A program made the position numbers and the translations under genes. DNA of 64,000 bases. It comes from an uncultured Trueperaceae bacterium (GTDB lineage: Bacteria; Deinococcota; Deinococci; Deinococcales; Trueperaceae). This document shows, in pieces, positions 10,576 through 19,931 of the stretch. The notes under the pieces were generated by a model. The model ran no database searches. It saw nothing but the letters and a program-made list of their open reading frames with translations, and was not told the DNA's origin. The DNA lies in assembly GCA_963799485.1 (NCBI GenBank), contig CAWCXJ010000012.1:96001-160000 (forward strand), in the 5' to 3' direction. Position 1 is the stretch's first letter. Each line of letters begins with the position of its first letter.

Positions 10576-11827
10576 CCGGCAGACCGCCGCGCGGGTGCAG
10601 CGTGTTGCCCGCCTCTGCGACCGGTTCGGCCCACAGCGGCGTCAGCGTGTAATCCCGTAAAAGATGTTTAAGCCCCAAAGTCAACACCCGCGTTGCCAGT
10701 CCTGAGCCGATACAGTAACGCGCGCCGCTGCCGAAGGGTAGATAGCTGTAGGGCGGCGGCGTAAACGTCTCCCAGCGTTTCGGGTCGAACCGTAAAGGCT
10801 CGGGGTAGCTAGCGGCTGAGCGGTGCGCCGCGTAGATTGAAAACGCCGCCGGGTGCCCTGCCGGGATGTGGTAGCCGCCGAAGGTAAGGTCGCGTGACGC
10901 CCGCCGCAAGCCTGCCGGGGCGGGTGGGTAAAGGCGCAAGGTCTCTTTGATGACCTGGGCGAGCAGGGGCGGTTCATCCGAGGTCGAAAGCTCGGCGCGC
11001 AGCTCGGCGAGCAGCTCGGGTTGCCGGTGCAGCTCCAAAACCGCCCACGTCAACGCCGCGCTCGTCGTGTCGAAGCCTGCCGACACCAGGCTGATGGCCT
11101 GGTCGCGCATCTCGAGTTCGTTCAGACCCTGCCCGTCCTCGTCTTTCGTCTCTAAAAGAAGTCCGAGTACATCGTCGCCGAAGTCGCCGGTCTCTCGCCG
11201 CCGCCGGATTTCACGGTAAAGCGCAGCGTCGGCCCGCTCCCGCGCCGCCAAAAACCGCGCCCACGGGCTACCGGGAACGCGCAGCTTGACGAGTTGATAC
11301 TGAAAGGGCAGGTTGGCAAACCGCATCATCCGATTGATGTCGGCGGTGAGCGGGGTCGTAAGCGCCGCCCGGCCTAAAAGCACCTCACAGATAACCTCGA
11401 GCACACGCCCCTGCACCTCTTTGTAAAGGTCTACGGTGCGCCCGACCCAACTTCCGAACAGCTCCGTCAGGCGCGTCTCTAAAAGGGTCTCGAGCGACGC
11501 CAGCCGTGAACGGTGAAACGCCGGCTGCACGAGCCGCCGCCGCCGTAAATGCTCGGGTTCGTCGGAGGTGATAAGCGCAGCGCTGCCGCCGATGGTACGC
11601 AAAAAGCCGTAGGCGGGGCCGAGCTGAAAGTGCGTGGCAGCGTCCTCCAGCACGAACTTGTTCGCCTCCGGCCCGACAAACCAGATAAAACGCACCGGCC
11701 CGACACCGAACGCGAACACCGGGCCGTAAACCCCGTAAAGCGCCGTAACCGCCCGGTTGATGTCGCGGCCTGCGAGCCGCATCGCAGCGAGGTGCTCCTG
11801 ACCTTTTGGGGATGGAACAGCTTTCAT
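10502..11827 (-). CDS. Cytochrome P450
   Basis: AGFDTT (I-helix), ETLR (K-helix), heme ligand loop FGSGARYCIG. Confidence 0.95.
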   Translation of the reverse strand: MKAVPSPKGQEHLAAMRLAGRDINRAVTALYGVYGPVFAFGVGPVRFIWFVGPEANKFVLEDAATHFQLGPAYGFLRTIGGSAALITSDEPEHLRRRRLVQPAFHRSRLASLETLLETRLTELFGSWVGRTVDLYKEVQGRVLEVICEVLLGRAALTTPLTADINRMMRFANLPFQYQLVKLRVPGSPWARFLAARERADAALYREIRRRRETGDFGDDVLGLLLETKDEDGQGLNELEMRDQAISLVSAGFDTTSAALTWAVLELHRQPELLAELRAELSTSDEPPLLAQVIKETLRLYPPAPAGLRRASRDLTFGGYHIPAGHPAAFSIYAAHRSAASYPEPLRFDPKRWETFTPPPYSYLPFGSGARYCIGSGLATRVLTLGLKHLLRDYTLTPLWAEPVAEAGNTLHPRGGLPVRVARAPSQDAPRAPASPRASRYR

Positions 11828-11843
11828 AGCTGAGGTTGCCTGG

Positions 11844-12536
11844 TCAGCGAATGCCGTGCAAAATCTCCTCTAAACCCTCGGGGTCTTGAATCAAGACCTC
11901 TTTGGGACGGGTGCTGATGACGCGCTCTTCCTCCAGCGCCTTGAGCGCCCGCGTGACCGTCTCGCGGCTCGTCCCGGCGAGGCTCGCCAGCTCTTGGTGC
12001 GTAAGCCGTAAAAGCGCCTTACCCTCGTCGTTAAAGTCAATCAGGCCGCCCCAGTAGAGCCGCAAAATCACATAGGCGACGCGGCCCTGTGCGTCTTTGT
12101 AAGAGAGCACCTGCGCCTCGTCGTTGGCGCCGTAAAGCCGCTGTGAGAGCGTGTTGGCGACGTTTAGGCTGATGCTCGGATAATCTTTTAAGAGCCTCTG
12201 AAAGTCGTCCTTGAAGAGCAGGTAGACGAGCGTTTCGCGGATAGAAAGCGCCGTCGCACTCCGGCCCTGCTCGCCTAAAAGCGCCATCTCACCGAAAAAT
12301 TCGGGCGGTTTAAGAATAGCGAGCGTTTTTTCGTGACCCTCCAAATCGATTTTGAAGAGCTTGACGATGCCTTTGTTGAGAATATACAAAACTTCGCCCT
12401 TGTCACCTTCTTGAAAAAGCACGGTGTCGGGGGCGAAAGTGCGGGGTTGCAGGGCTTGCGCGGCAATCTCGAGGGCGCGCTCCGGCGCACCCTTAAAGAG
12501 CGGGACTTGCGCGAGGAACGGCTCGAGTTCAGCCAT
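11844..12536 (-). CDS. Crp/Fnr family transcriptional regulator
   Basis: cNMP-binding FGEMALL...RSATA; HTH LTHQELASLAGTSRETVTR. Confidence 0.93.
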   Translation of the reverse strand: MAELEPFLAQVPLFKGAPERALEIAAQALQPRTFAPDTVLFQEGDKGEVLYILNKGIVKLFKIDLEGHEKTLAILKPPEFFGEMALLGEQGRSATALSIRETLVYLLFKDDFQRLLKDYPSISLNVANTLSQRLYGANDEAQVLSYKDAQGRVAYVILRLYWGGLIDFNDEGKALLRLTHQELASLAGTSRETVTRALKALEEERVISTRPKEVLIQDPEGLEEILHGIR

Positions 12537-12826
12537 GAGCGGTTCCAGAAGAGGCGGTTCCGGGGCAGAGGTGAACAGAGAGCTTCATTAGAAAAAGCCT
12601 ACCACAGAGCGTGAGAAATTTTGCAGCCATGATAGATGCTTTGGCAGGAGGCTCGAGCACAACGCGCGTAGTTCAACTTCAGCGTTCTGCGGAGCCAAAA
12701 AGGGGTGCCCCACACCGTTCATCGCCAGAGTCACGGTGCGGGGCGTAAAGCGCATGGTCCGGATGCGCTTTATGAACACAGGATAAAACTCGGACTCTTA
12801 CAAGATTCTTACTCGAGGATGGGCAC

Positions 12827-12850
12827 AAAAAAGAGCTGCCCGAAGGCAGC
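12827..12850 (-). terminator. Rho-independent terminator
   Basis: Minus strand reads GCTGCC-TTCG-GGCAGC-TCTTTTTT. Confidence 0.85.
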
Positions 12851-12896
12851 AAGAAAGTAGACTGCATTTCTTTCGGTCTGCTGCAGTGCTATGGAA

Positions 12897-12941
12897 TTAA
12901 GCGTTGACTCTGACGCCTTCGCAAACGATTTTCCGGACCAT
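12897..12941 (-). CDS. Putative 14-aa peptide MVRKIVCEGVRVNA
   Basis: SD-like AAGGGGTGA just upstream of ATG; lies between a near-consensus promoter and a terminator. Confidence 0.45.
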   Translation of the reverse strand: MVRKIVCEGVRVNA

Positions 12942-13025
12942 TTTTCACCCCTTTTAACTATCGATGAAACGCTAAAAGTAACGCTCTTCGAATGAAGACG
13001 CTCTGGCGTTCGCCTCCTAATAACA

Positions 13026-13054
13026 ATCTTATATTGATGCGAAGTGAGCGTCAA
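13026..13054 (-). promoter_or_regulatory. Sigma70-type promoter
   Basis: TTGACG-N17-TAAGAT on the minus strand. Confidence 0.7.
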
Positions 13055-13155
13055 CATTAGAAAGATTAAAGTGGTTTATTTCACAGCGCCCGACTACTTT
13101 TTCATAACCAACCTCTTTAGGTAAAATAGCGTTGATGGAAACAGAACGTCTATTT

Positions 13156-14100
13156 TTACTTTAATTTTCCTGCCTTTAGTGCCGTGCAAAAAGCCTTGAC
13201 AACTTCCTTCGGGTAGTGAATACCGGCATATTTACGAAGTTCGGCGAGTGCTTCGGCTTGGGATGACGCTTTGCGGTATGGGCGGTCTGTCGTCATGGCA
13301 TCAAAAGTGTCTGCTACGGCGACAATAGAAGATTCAATCAGTATCTCATCGCCAGACAACCCGTAAGGATAGCCGCTGCCATCAGAACGTTCGTGGTGTT
13401 GCTCGACAATTACCCCTGCTTCTTTCATAAACGTTTGGTCTAAGAGTTCACGACCATGAGTTGGGTGTTTTTTGATAACTTCCCACTCTTCAGGAGTCAA
13501 CTTGGCAGGTTTGTTCAAAATAGCAAGAGGTACACGTATCTTGCCTACATCGTGAAGATAGGCTCCATAATCTAGAAGATGTAATCTTCCAGCCTTCAAG
13601 CCAAGCTCTTGACCGATGAAATAAGACAGGGTTTGTAAACGCAAACAATGGTCTGCTGTGTAGCCATCTTTAAGCTCTATTTCGACAGCCAGTTTTCTAA
13701 GCTCATTCAGGTCTTCACTAATTGTATGGAACTGCGCTTGTTCTGTGACATAAAGTAAACTCGTCCTATTTAAGGCAGTGAGAATCGCAGGTTCTATGAG
13801 TGATTTCGTGACTACATAGTCACCTTTTGAAAGAACTTGCTGACCTTTGCCCAAATCGCAGACAAGCTTTCCAGAAAGGACAAAAAATGTTTCAGTGATC
13901 GAGCCAGCAGGAGTTAGCGTCAGACGAGCGTCCGGCTTAAGGTCTATCTGAGTTATCTCAAAATTTGCATGGTTGTTTAGAAGCTTGAAGTCCCCGAGTT
14001 TTGAACTCACCGTCTCCAAAGACTCACCCTGACGCCGGATAATCAAACCCTCAGGTGTCTGAACGTTCTCTTTGCCAGTTTTACTCATGACCCCGTTCAC
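13156..14100 (-). CDS. Cupin-like + HD-GYP domain protein (putative cyclic dinucleotide phosphodiesterase)
   Basis: HDVGK, HHERSDGSGYP, ADTFDAMTTDRPY; N-terminal cupin-like ETFFVLSG; RBS AGGAGG; AT-rich. Confidence 0.9.
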   Translation of the reverse strand: MNGVMSKTGKENVQTPEGLIIRRQGESLETVSSKLGDFKLLNNHANFEITQIDLKPDARLTLTPAGSITETFFVLSGKLVCDLGKGQQVLSKGDYVVTKSLIEPAILTALNRTSLLYVTEQAQFHTISEDLNELRKLAVEIELKDGYTADHCLRLQTLSYFIGQELGLKAGRLHLLDYGAYLHDVGKIRVPLAILNKPAKLTPEEWEVIKKHPTHGRELLDQTFMKEAGVIVEQHHERSDGSGYPYGLSGDEILIESSIVAVADTFDAMTTDRPYRKASSQAEALAELRKYAGIHYPKEVVKAFCTALKAGKLK

Positions 14101-14141
14101 AAGAGACCTCCTGGTAGCTCATGACCACTATGACGCCTCCT

Positions 14142-14205
14142 CTCTGACAAAAGTCTTACAACCGTCTTACAAGCTGCAAGCGGCGGTCTTACCAAGGGCT
14201 TTACA
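14142..14205. promoter_or_regulatory. 11-bp-period direct repeat array (GTCTTACA)
   Basis: CTCTGACA 14142, GTCTTACA 14153 and 14164, GTCTTACC 14186, GCTTTACA 14198, between divergent genes. Confidence 0.5.
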
Positions 14206-14320
14206 GTAGACGTTCGGGCGCGCGTCGCAGGTGACTTTTTCGACGTTTGCCCGACTGACTACGCGTTGCTGCCGCCGGACTCGGTACGAAAAGTCGGGGG
14301 TCAGCGGTTATAGTAGCGGC

Positions 14321-15031
14321 GTGACCCGCTCCGAAGCTGCTAAAGCGTCACCCTCGCCGTCTCTTGGGGTGGCGCTCTCTTGTACCGGGCTGACCCGCAC
14401 TTTTGCGACGCCGGGGGGGAGCTTGGAGATTCTTAAGGGGCTCGAGCTGAAGGTCTACCCCGCGCAAATCATCGCTATTCTAGGGCCTTCGGGGTCGGGC
14501 AAGAGTACGCTTTTACACCTCTTGGGCGGGCTCGACCGACCTACTTCGGGTGAAATCTATTGGGGCGAGCGGCGTATTGACGCTTTGCCGCAGCGGGTAT
14601 TGGCGGCGCTGCGGGCAGAGCGTTTGGGTCTGGTGTTTCAGCAGCATTATCTGCTCGAGGATTTAACCGTACTGGAAAACGTGACCCTGCCGGGGCGTAT
14701 CGGGGGCCGTCCGGACGCGGCGCGCGGGGCCGAACTGCTCGCACGCGTGGGGCTGTCAAAGCGGGCGACGTTTTTGCCGAAGCGCCTGTCGGGGGGCGAG
14801 CGGCAGCGCGTCGCGGTAGCGCGCTCCTTGTACAGCCGTCCGCAGGTGATTTTGGCGGACGAACCGACCGGGAGTCTAGACCGCGCCTCGGCTGCCGCTG
14901 TTTACGCGTTGTTGGCGCAGCTTGCCCGCGAGGAGGGGAGCGCGGTGGTCATGGTCACGCATGATGAAGGACTGGTGCGGGGCGTAGACGCACGCTTCCA
15001 CCTTGAAGGGGGCGTTTTGGTTCCTGTCTGA
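14321..15031 (+). CDS. LolD-like ABC transporter ATP-binding protein
   Basis: GPSGSGKST, LSGGERQR, ADEPTGSLD; TATAGT 6 nt before GTG 14321. Confidence 0.88.
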   Translation: MTRSEAAKASPSPSLGVALSCTGLTRTFATPGGSLEILKGLELKVYPAQIIAILGPSGSGKSTLLHLLGGLDRPTSGEIYWGERRIDALPQRVLAALRAERLGLVFQQHYLLEDLTVLENVTLPGRIGGRPDAARGAELLARVGLSKRATFLPKRLSGGERQRVAVARSLYSRPQVILADEPTGSLDRASAAAVYALLAQLAREEGSAVVMVTHDEGLVRGVDARFHLEGGVLVPV

Positions 15032-15270
15032 AGCAGTCTGAGGCACCGCAGCAACGCTTTATGCAGCTTTCGTGCCAAGTTTTCAAGCTTGTGTTTTGTA
15101 TTCCGTTTTTGTCCAGTGCAAAGCTCTACAGAAAGCACAAGCCCTCGAGAGTCTTCCTCACGAGCTTGCCGCAGCCTTGTGTTAAGCTTTGATGAGCATT
15201 GCGCGGTGTTTGGCTGGAGTTGGGTTCTTAAAAGACCGGACGCCGCCCCGATGTACTTTCTGGAGGTGAC

Positions 15271-16839
15271 ATGAAAAAACTGCTTATCGTAACAGCGCTG
15301 CTTTTAACGCTGGGTCTGGGGAGCGCGCAGACGCTCGTGTTCGGCGGCAGCGGCTTGCCGGTCAGTCTCAACGACGCGACCGACGGCAACTCGCTGACGG
15401 TCGCCTATCAGATTCTGGAAAACCTCGTTTTTGTCGAACCCGGCGGCACCGAACTGCAACCCGGTTTAGCGACCGAGTGGTCTTCGAACGACGACGGCAC
15501 CGTCTGGACGTTTACGCTCCGCGAAGGGGTGACGTTTCAAGACGGCACGCCCTTTAACGCCGAAGCCGTCAAGTTCAACATCGACCGCTGGAACGACCCC
15601 AACTTCGAGTACGGCTTCCGCGACCAGGGCCCGACCTACGAAGCCTGGGGTTATGTGTTCGGCGGCTTTTTGGGCGATGAGTCGGCGATTTTGAGTGAAG
15701 CTACGGTTATTGACGAGTACACCCTCGAGCTCACCCTGAACAACCCGATGGGCTTTTTGCCTGCCGCGCTCTCATCGTCGTACTTCGGGATTCACAGCCC
15801 CACCGCCGTTCGTGAAGCGGGCGCAGACTACGGCACGCCGTCGGTCGGCGCAGTCGGTACCGGCCCTTTTCAGTTCGTCGAGTGGGTGGACGGGTCGCAG
15901 GTCGTTTTGGAGCGCTACGAAAACTACTGGGGTGAACCCGCCGCAGTCGAGCGGCTCGTCTTTCGCGGTATCGAAGACCCGACCGCGCGCCTCGCCGAAC
16001 TCCAAGCAGGTAGCATCGACATCGCCGTAAGCCTTTCGCCCGACGATGTTCAGACCATCGAGAACGACCCGAACCTCGAGGTCGTCACCGCAGATTCAAA
16101 CCTGAATATCGGCTACATCGGCTTTCACCAGTCGAACGCGCCGCTTGAAAACCTCAAAGTTCGGCAGGCCATCGCCCACGCCGTCGACTGGAACGAGGTC
16201 GTCACCGCCTTTTTCGGTGAAGGCGCGCAGGTCGCCTCGCAGTTCATCCCGCCCGGTCTGATCGGCTACAGCGAAGACCTGGAGCCCTACAGCTACGACC
16301 CCGAGATGGCGCGGCAACTCCTCAGCGAAGCGGGCGTAGAGGGTGGCTTCTCGACCGAGTTCTGGTATATGCCCGTCTCACGCCCCTACTTCCCCTCACC
16401 CGAGCCGGTCGCGTCCGCCGTGGCGTCGTACCTGGCCGACATCGGGATTCAGGCCGAGCTTCAAACCGAAGACTGGGGCACGTACCTGGACGACAACAAC
16501 ACCGGCAAGTTCCCCATCTATATGCTCGGCTGGAGCGCCGACTACGCCGACCCGGACAACTTCGTCTACACCTTTTTCGGGGCTCAAGAGGGGATTCGCA
16601 ACTTCGGTTGGGACAACGCCGAGGTGCGTAACCTGCTCGACCAGGCCCGTCAGGAACCCGACGAAGCGACCCGCGCCGAGCTCTATCAGCAGGTCAACCA
16701 GATCATCTACGACGAGGTTCCCGCTATTCCGGTCGACCACAATCCCGTTTTGAACGCGGTGCGCGTCGGTATCGAAGGTTTTACGCCGAGCCCGCTCGGC
16801 AGTACCGTACCCTTCAGCACGATTAGCAAAGCCGAGTAA
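15271..16839 (+). CDS. Peptide ABC transporter substrate-binding protein (family 5)
   Basis: Signal peptide; LREGVTFQDGTPFNAEAVKF; GTGPF; MPVSRPY. Confidence 0.92.
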   Translation: MKKLLIVTALLLTLGLGSAQTLVFGGSGLPVSLNDATDGNSLTVAYQILENLVFVEPGGTELQPGLATEWSSNDDGTVWTFTLREGVTFQDGTPFNAEAVKFNIDRWNDPNFEYGFRDQGPTYEAWGYVFGGFLGDESAILSEATVIDEYTLELTLNNPMGFLPAALSSSYFGIHSPTAVREAGADYGTPSVGAVGTGPFQFVEWVDGSQVVLERYENYWGEPAAVERLVFRGIEDPTARLAELQAGSIDIAVSLSPDDVQTIENDPNLEVVTADSNLNIGYIGFHQSNAPLENLKVRQAIAHAVDWNEVVTAFFGEGAQVASQFIPPGLIGYSEDLEPYSYDPEMARQLLSEAGVEGGFSTEFWYMPVSRPYFPSPEPVASAVASYLADIGIQAELQTEDWGTYLDDNNTGKFPIYMLGWSADYADPDNFVYTFFGAQEGIRNFGWDNAEVRNLLDQARQEPDEATRAELYQQVNQIIYDEVPAIPVDHNPVLNAVRVGIEGFTPSPLGSTVPFSTISKAE

Positions 16840-16846
16840 ACCCGTA

Positions 16847-16877
16847 GGGGCCGGGTTTAGTCCGGCCCCGTATTTTT
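16847..16877 (+). terminator. Hairpin/terminator after substrate-binding gene
   Basis: GGGGCCGG...CCGGCCCC followed by TATTTTT. Confidence 0.65.
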
Positions 16878-16909
16878 AGCCCTATCAGTTCTATTACAGG
16901 AGCGCACCT

Positions 16910-17965
16910 TTGACCCAGTATATCTTCAGGCGCATTTTGGGTCTTATCCCGGTTCTGATCGGTATCAGCTTGATGGTTTTCACCCTGACGCGAATTATTC
17001 CCGCCGACCCGGCGCTCCTCATCTTGGGCGAACGTGCAACTCCCGAAGCGCAGGCGCGGCTCCGCGAACAGCTTGGGCTCAACGAACCGCTCTTTTTCAA
17101 TACGGCGGCGGTTGCCGAAACCGGTAGCCCGCTCGCGCTCTTCGACGCTCAATATTTCAATTTTGTCGGCGGCGCGCTGACCGGCGACCTGGGGCGCTCG
17201 TATTTTACCCGTATCGATGTTCGCGACGGCCTCATCCAGCGTTTTCCGGCGACCTTCGAGCTGGCTGTCACCGCGATGATTTTTGCGCTCGTGATCGGTA
17301 TTCCTGCCGGGGTGTTTGCGTCGCTCTACCGCGGCACGGCGATAGACACCGTGCTGATGATCGGCGCACTTTCCGGCGTGTCGTTCCCGGTATTTTGGCT
17401 GGCGATTATCCTGATCTATATCTTTTCGATCAATCTGGGCTGGTTGCCCCCGTCGCAGCGCTTAGACGTGTCGCTGAGTTTGCAGCCTGTCACCGGGCTT
17501 TACGTCCTCGACGGACTTTTACGCGGGAACCTCGAGGTCTCGTGGAATGCGCTTAAGCACCTGATTTTGCCGGGGATCGCGCTCGGAACGATTCCGCTGG
17601 CAATCGTCGTGCGGATGACCCGGAGCTCGATGCTGGAGGTTTTGGGTCAGGATTATGTCCGCACCGCCAAAGCCAAAGGGCTCGCGCGAAGTCTGGTCGT
17701 GAATAAACACGCGCTTAGAAACGCGCTCTTGCCGGTCGTGACAGTCGTCGGGTTGTCGTTCGGGTCGCTGCTTTCAGGCGCGATTTTGACCGAAACGGTC
17801 TTTTCCTGGCCGGGTATCGGCAAATGGGTTTACGACGCGATTTCGTCTCGAGACTACCCCATCATCCAGGGCGGCGTTGTCTTCGTCGCGTTCGTCTTCG
17901 TCGTCGTCAATCTGCTCGTCGACCTTTCCTACGCGGTGATCGACCCAAGGATTCAGTACACATGA
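16910..17965 (+). CDS. Peptide ABC transporter permease (DppB/OppB-like)
   Basis: GDLGRS, DYVRTAKAKGL, HALRNA, IDPRI. Confidence 0.93.
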   Translation: MTQYIFRRILGLIPVLIGISLMVFTLTRIIPADPALLILGERATPEAQARLREQLGLNEPLFFNTAAVAETGSPLALFDAQYFNFVGGALTGDLGRSYFTRIDVRDGLIQRFPATFELAVTAMIFALVIGIPAGVFASLYRGTAIDTVLMIGALSGVSFPVFWLAIILIYIFSINLGWLPPSQRLDVSLSLQPVTGLYVLDGLLRGNLEVSWNALKHLILPGIALGTIPLAIVVRMTRSSMLEVLGQDYVRTAKAKGLARSLVVNKHALRNALLPVVTVVGLSFGSLLSGAILTETVFSWPGIGKWVYDAISSRDYPIIQGGVVFVAFVFVVVNLLVDLSYAVIDPRIQYT

Positions 17966-17972
17966 GGCCAAT

Positions 17973-18965
17973 ATGACCTCAGGGGGCGCAGACCTAGGGG
18001 GGGGCACGGGCGCAGTCGCCGATACGCTGACGGACACCGACGCCGTGCGCAGCCGCTCGCTTTTACGCGATTCGTTGCGGCGCTTTTTTCGCAACCCGAC
18101 CGGCGTTGTGGGTCTTGCGGTCGTGGTTTTTTTCGTTGTGATGTCGCTGCTCGCGCCGGTTTTGCGCCCCTACGACGCGACGACCGACCGTAACTTGCGG
18201 CTCCGGCTCGAGCCGCCGTCGTGGACGCTGAGCCCGGCTGAGCGCACCGAACTCGGCGACGACGCAAATATGGACATTACACGCTGGACGCTCCCTTTCG
18301 GTACCGACGAAAATGGACGCGACCTGCTGGTGAGGGTTTGGCACGGCGGGCGCATCAGCCTCCGTATCGGGATTGCCGCCGTTGCGATCTCATCTGTTAT
18401 CGGGGTGCTGTTGGGGCTTTTAGCCGGTTACCTGGGCGGTTGGTTCGACCTCGTGGTCGTCTGGCTGATGGACATCTTGCAGGCGTTTCCAGGGATTTTG
18501 CTGGCGATTGCCATCGTTGCGACGCTCGGCCCGAGTCTGACGAACGCGCTGATTGCCATTAGCATCACGCAGATTCCCAGCTACGTCCGGATTACCCGTT
18601 CGGTGGTGCTGGGGTTGCGGGAGTCCGAATACGTGCAGGCGGCCAGGGCGCTCGGTTCGGGCGGTTCACGGATTATCTTTAGGCATATCTTTCCAAACAG
18701 CTTGTCGCCTATTATGGTGCAGCTGACGCTTTCTATCGGGGTGGCGATTCTAGACGTGGCAGCACTTGGATTTTTAGGACTCGGCGCACAACCCCCCGAC
18801 CCCGAGTGGGGGGTGATGATCCGTGACGGCTACCGGCAGTTTTTACGGGCCCCGTGGATGAGCATCTTTCCGGGGCTAGCCATCTTTTTCTCGGTCGTCG
18901 GCTTTAACCTTTTAGGTGACGCGATTCGTGATGTGCTCGACCCGAGGCTCAAAAACGTGCCCTGA
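17973..18965 (+). CDS. Peptide ABC transporter permease (DppC/OppC-like)
   Basis: FGTDENGRD, EYVQAARALG, GDAIRDVLDPR. Confidence 0.93.
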   Translation: MTSGGADLGGGTGAVADTLTDTDAVRSRSLLRDSLRRFFRNPTGVVGLAVVVFFVVMSLLAPVLRPYDATTDRNLRLRLEPPSWTLSPAERTELGDDANMDITRWTLPFGTDENGRDLLVRVWHGGRISLRIGIAAVAISSVIGVLLGLLAGYLGGWFDLVVVWLMDILQAFPGILLAIAIVATLGPSLTNALIAISITQIPSYVRITRSVVLGLRESEYVQAARALGSGGSRIIFRHIFPNSLSPIMVQLTLSIGVAILDVAALGFLGLGAQPPDPEWGVMIRDGYRQFLRAPWMSIFPGLAIFFSVVGFNLLGDAIRDVLDPRLKNVP

Positions 18966-19060
18966 GTCGATTGCGGCCTCAACAACAGCTCGAAGGCGTT
19001 TGCTATGCTAACCTACTGAAATCGAGAGATGGATTTTACATCGCCCGAGGAGCTACTTAT

Positions 19061-19273
19061 ATGAATGGAAACGGTTACAAGACAGATTTCTTATTTGCGA
19101 GCCCGTCACTACTTTCAGGCGCGGCGAGAGCTCTAGACATGTTCGCTGTTTTTGATGAATACAACACCAGTAACAGCGTTGAGGAAGCTGATAGACGCGC
19201 AATAGAAAGTGACTGGGGTATTGTCGGACAGGATATGGCAGCCGCCATTCAGAAGTACGTAAAAGAAAAGTAG
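19061..19273 (+). CDS. Small hypothetical protein
   Basis: RBS GAGGAG; AT-rich; GAARALDMF...AIESDWGIVGQDM. Confidence 0.65.
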   Translation: MNGNGYKTDFLFASPSLLSGAARALDMFAVFDEYNTSNSVEEADRRAIESDWGIVGQDMAAAIQKYVKEK

Positions 19274-19277
19274 CTGC

Positions 19278-19782
19278 ATGGGGAGAAAGTCTAGATTTAG
19301 CAGGCAGGCAACAGCTACCCCAAAAGCAAAGAGACGAGCAGAAGCAGCAAAGGAAAGAGGCACCGCAAGGTGTCCTTCCTTTTGATGTAGAAAGAACTGA
19401 AATTACTGCAGAATATTTTCAAGGCCCTTATCCACATCCTAGATTGCTAGCGGAATATGACCAAGTGAAACCCGGTTTAGCAGAAGAGATAGCAGTAGGT
19501 GTCAGAGAACAGAGGCGACATAGACAGCAACTTGAACGTTGGAAGTTGTTGAACGATATAATCCAATCGTACATAGGTCAGGTCTCAGCTTTCGCTATAG
19601 CTGCTCTAGCTCTCTTTTTTGGATACAGAATTGTGATTTCCGGCAATGAAGTAGCAGGGTTTTTTACAGGCTTCTTCGGTCTTACTTCTTTGGTGACAGT
19701 TTTTATAGTGGGAAAAAACCAGCAGAGGAGAGATCTACAGAGTAAATCACTCCCCTCAAAAGAAATAGAGAGACCCAAGTAA
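19278..19782 (+). pseudogene. DUF2335-like membrane protein with frameshift near N-terminus
   Basis: EYFQGPYPHPRLLAEYDQVKPGLAEEI plus two TM helices. That frame has no start codon before the motif; ATG 19278 (MGRKSR) is one base out of frame. Confidence 0.6.
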
Positions 19783-19931
19783 GGTGATTTCCGTTTCCTG
19801 AAATGTTGGGTATGGCAGGTATTGTCCAGTTTGAAACGTTCTCGGTACGAGGTTTGTCCTATAGCATGTGCGCTCCCAGATGAGACCTGAGTCAGCCCTT
19901 AGTAGATGTGCCAAAAGCTACCAACATTTCG

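Noticed and set aside
12809..13057. 82-aa minus-strand ORF
   Set aside because: It spans a promoter and a terminator; the internal 14-aa ORF has the better RBS.
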